DNA of 64,000 nt, taken from assembly GCA_001662655.1 (NCBI GenBank), contig KV460217.1; one strand, written 5' to 3'. The position numbers and the translations under genes are program-made. The notes beneath the pieces are model-generated. The model was not told the origin of the DNA. It saw only the letters and a list, made by a program, of their open reading frames with translations, and searched no databases. This DNA comes from Pseudogymnoascus verrucosus (taxonomy: Eukaryota). Shown here in pieces: positions 61,916-64,000 of the stretch (positions within the stretch are counted from its first letter, which is position 1; each line of letters starts with the position of its first letter).

Positions 61916-64000
61916 ATGGAAGAAGCAACTATATTGATTATTGGGGCTGGACCAAGTGGTCTTGCTCTGGGGACACTTCTTGCTCGTATGAATCTCAAGG
62001 TACTCTAAAAATTGGGACCTTTTAGAGCTTAAATTAACAGATTTCCAGGTCGTCATTTTGGAGAAAGATATAGAAATCTGTGAAGATCCTCGCGGCATTG
62101 TTATAAATGGAGATGCAGTTCGCATCTCATACCAAATTGGCATTGGTGAAGGACTGACGACGAGAATTGGCAAGGGTAAGCAAGACATATACTTGAGATG
62201 ACCCCAGTAAGTATTTCATCTGACTTGCATTGAAGATATTGGTGTTCTTCACTTTCATAGTGGCAACTTCAGGCAACGCACGTTCATGAACTATGACTTG
62301 ACAATCGACTGGGCCGAACAAGGAGTTTCCAACAACATCGCCCAGTTTCAGCCAAATTTCGGTAAGTTAGCGACTTTCTGTAGTCATCTTGCATTTCTAA
62401 TAATATTGTTAGAGCGAGAGATCAGAAGTGTGATCAAAGACCTACCATGTTGCGATCTTAGACCAGGTTGCGAAGTCATAAGCAGGGACGAAGGTAAAGA
62501 CACCACCGTGGTTGAGTACATAACACAAGATGGAAGTAAGAAATCTATCAAGACGTCGTGGCTCGTTGGGGCAGATGGAAAGCGCGGTGTGGTAAGGAAG
62601 AAGTTCCTGGAACCGGAAGGCATCAAACAAATTGATCGCCTGTAAGTCGGCAAAATGACAACATCTTTTCGAGATCGCCACTAACATCAATTGCTGACAG
62701 GTGGACCTATGTTGGAACATGGGTCGCGGCGAACCTCAAAATAACAACACCAACACCGAAGACGCACCCAGATTTTCCGCTATGGCAGCTTGGATATACA
62801 CCAGAGCAAGTGCATGATATATTTTGGCCAAGCGGCTTCCAGTAAGTCTCAGTCTATTGTATTGTTGTTATGGAGACTAACTATACTTCTAACACCAGCT
62901 TCTGCAATAATCCTAAGAGACCGGCAGTTAGTGGAAGATTCGGACCGGCTGGGGCTCAGTTCTGGAGGTATGAAAAATTGTCAGAATACCTCTATCCACG
63001 AGCTAACATCACATTAGGCACGAATTCTCAATTGAGCCTAACGATAATCTAGATAACATAGAAGATAATTTTTGGAAGCAATTCGGCACGTGGATGATAG
63101 TGCCAGGGTCAAAATTTTCACAGAAACTTGGAGATACTACAATCGAATTTCCCAGGGATTGTATAGACCTCATCCGCTGCCGGCCATTTCAGTATGCTTT
63201 CACATACATCCATTTCTTAGATTAATTGCTAATTCCAAATTAGATTTGCTTCAAAAGTCGTCAATAGGTGGTATTGTCGGAAAACTATGTTGATCGGCGA
63301 CGCTGCTCACGTCTTCCCACCATTTGGTGGCCAAGGGATTGCCACTGGTATACGAGACGCCCAAGCCTTGAGTTGGCGACTTGCCATCATGTCCAACCTG
63401 CAGGTTTCTCGTGAAACACGGGAACGGATCCTCACAGGGTGGAGTCAAGAGAGACTCCACGCCTGGGATGCGGCCACTTTATCAACAAAATTGAATGGTA
63501 GCATTGTCAACCAACGTTCATTAATCAAAGGACTTTTTTACCGGTTTTTTATGCGAATCCTGTGGTCTGTACCTGGGTTTGCGCATTTCCGCACGAAGGC
63601 GGCATTCCGAGACAAGCTCATATATAATACTCAGAGTTGCCCTGGTGGCTTCTTCCTGGAATCTGCAGGAGGTGGCCGCAAGGTCGCGCAGATCTGGGTT
63701 CGAAGACCAGGACCAGGCCATAAACCGACGCTTTCCGACAGGGTTTTTCTTCGCAACCTATCTCATCTTTCGATTCTAGTCCTTGTCAGAAAGCCTGAAG
63801 ATATTGATCCTGCCGGAATCGAAGAGGTGCTGCAAGTGTCAAAATTATCCGAGCAAGTCTTGACTATGCAGGATATTACATACTTATACCTAAACAGCAC
63901 TCAACAGCCTCTGTACGAGAATGATGAACATATATACTACCCGTGCAAGGTAGATGAGTTGACTGTTGAAGGGATAACACCAATTAGGGGCTACCACGAA
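61916..64000 (+). CDS. FAD-dependent aromatic hydroxylase (MhpA-like); 3' end beyond the window
   Basis: IIGAGPSG Rossmann motif, EDPRGI, WLVGADGKRGVVRK, IGDAAHVFPPFGGQGIATGIRDA; many introns. Confidence 0.88.

Overview
This is eukaryotic DNA from a filamentous ascomycete. It has short GT-AG introns with CTRAC-type branch points and a dispersed 5S rRNA gene; my impression is a Leotiomycete, possibly Pseudogymnoascus, but this is unverified. The left ~10 kb looks accessory. It holds an ACS-family MFS transporter, an intronless bacterial-type 2-pyrone-4,6-dicarboxylate lactonase (LigI/PmdD-like, likely horizontally acquired), a complete Ginger-type integrase DNA transposon with TIRs and a TATA target duplication, an intronless alpha/beta hydrolase, and two decayed DUF3632-like paralogs. 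The middle carries a PTH11-like membrane protein, a carboxylesterase lacking its catalytic Ser, a DUF5672 protein, an ACU/Na,K-like P-type ATPase, UTP13, an MFS transporter, a GFA protein, a divergent GH47/GH125 mannosidase pair, SAD1, RRP9, PRE1 and DED1. DED1 has a hairpin/tandem-repeat structure inside an unusually long intron. The right end has a pectin lyase, an RTA1 gene bracketed by direct repeats, a 5S rRNA gene, and a four-gene aromatic meta-cleavage-type cluster (Zn2Cys6 TF, FAH-family hydrolase, VOC extradiol dioxygenase, MhpA-like FAD monooxygenase) that runs off the window. Several degenerate intergenic tandem arrays (16, 37, 56, 57 and ~84 bp units, plus heptamer tracts) are present. 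All family assignments come from motif recognition by eye, not database searches, and exon boundaries are approximate.
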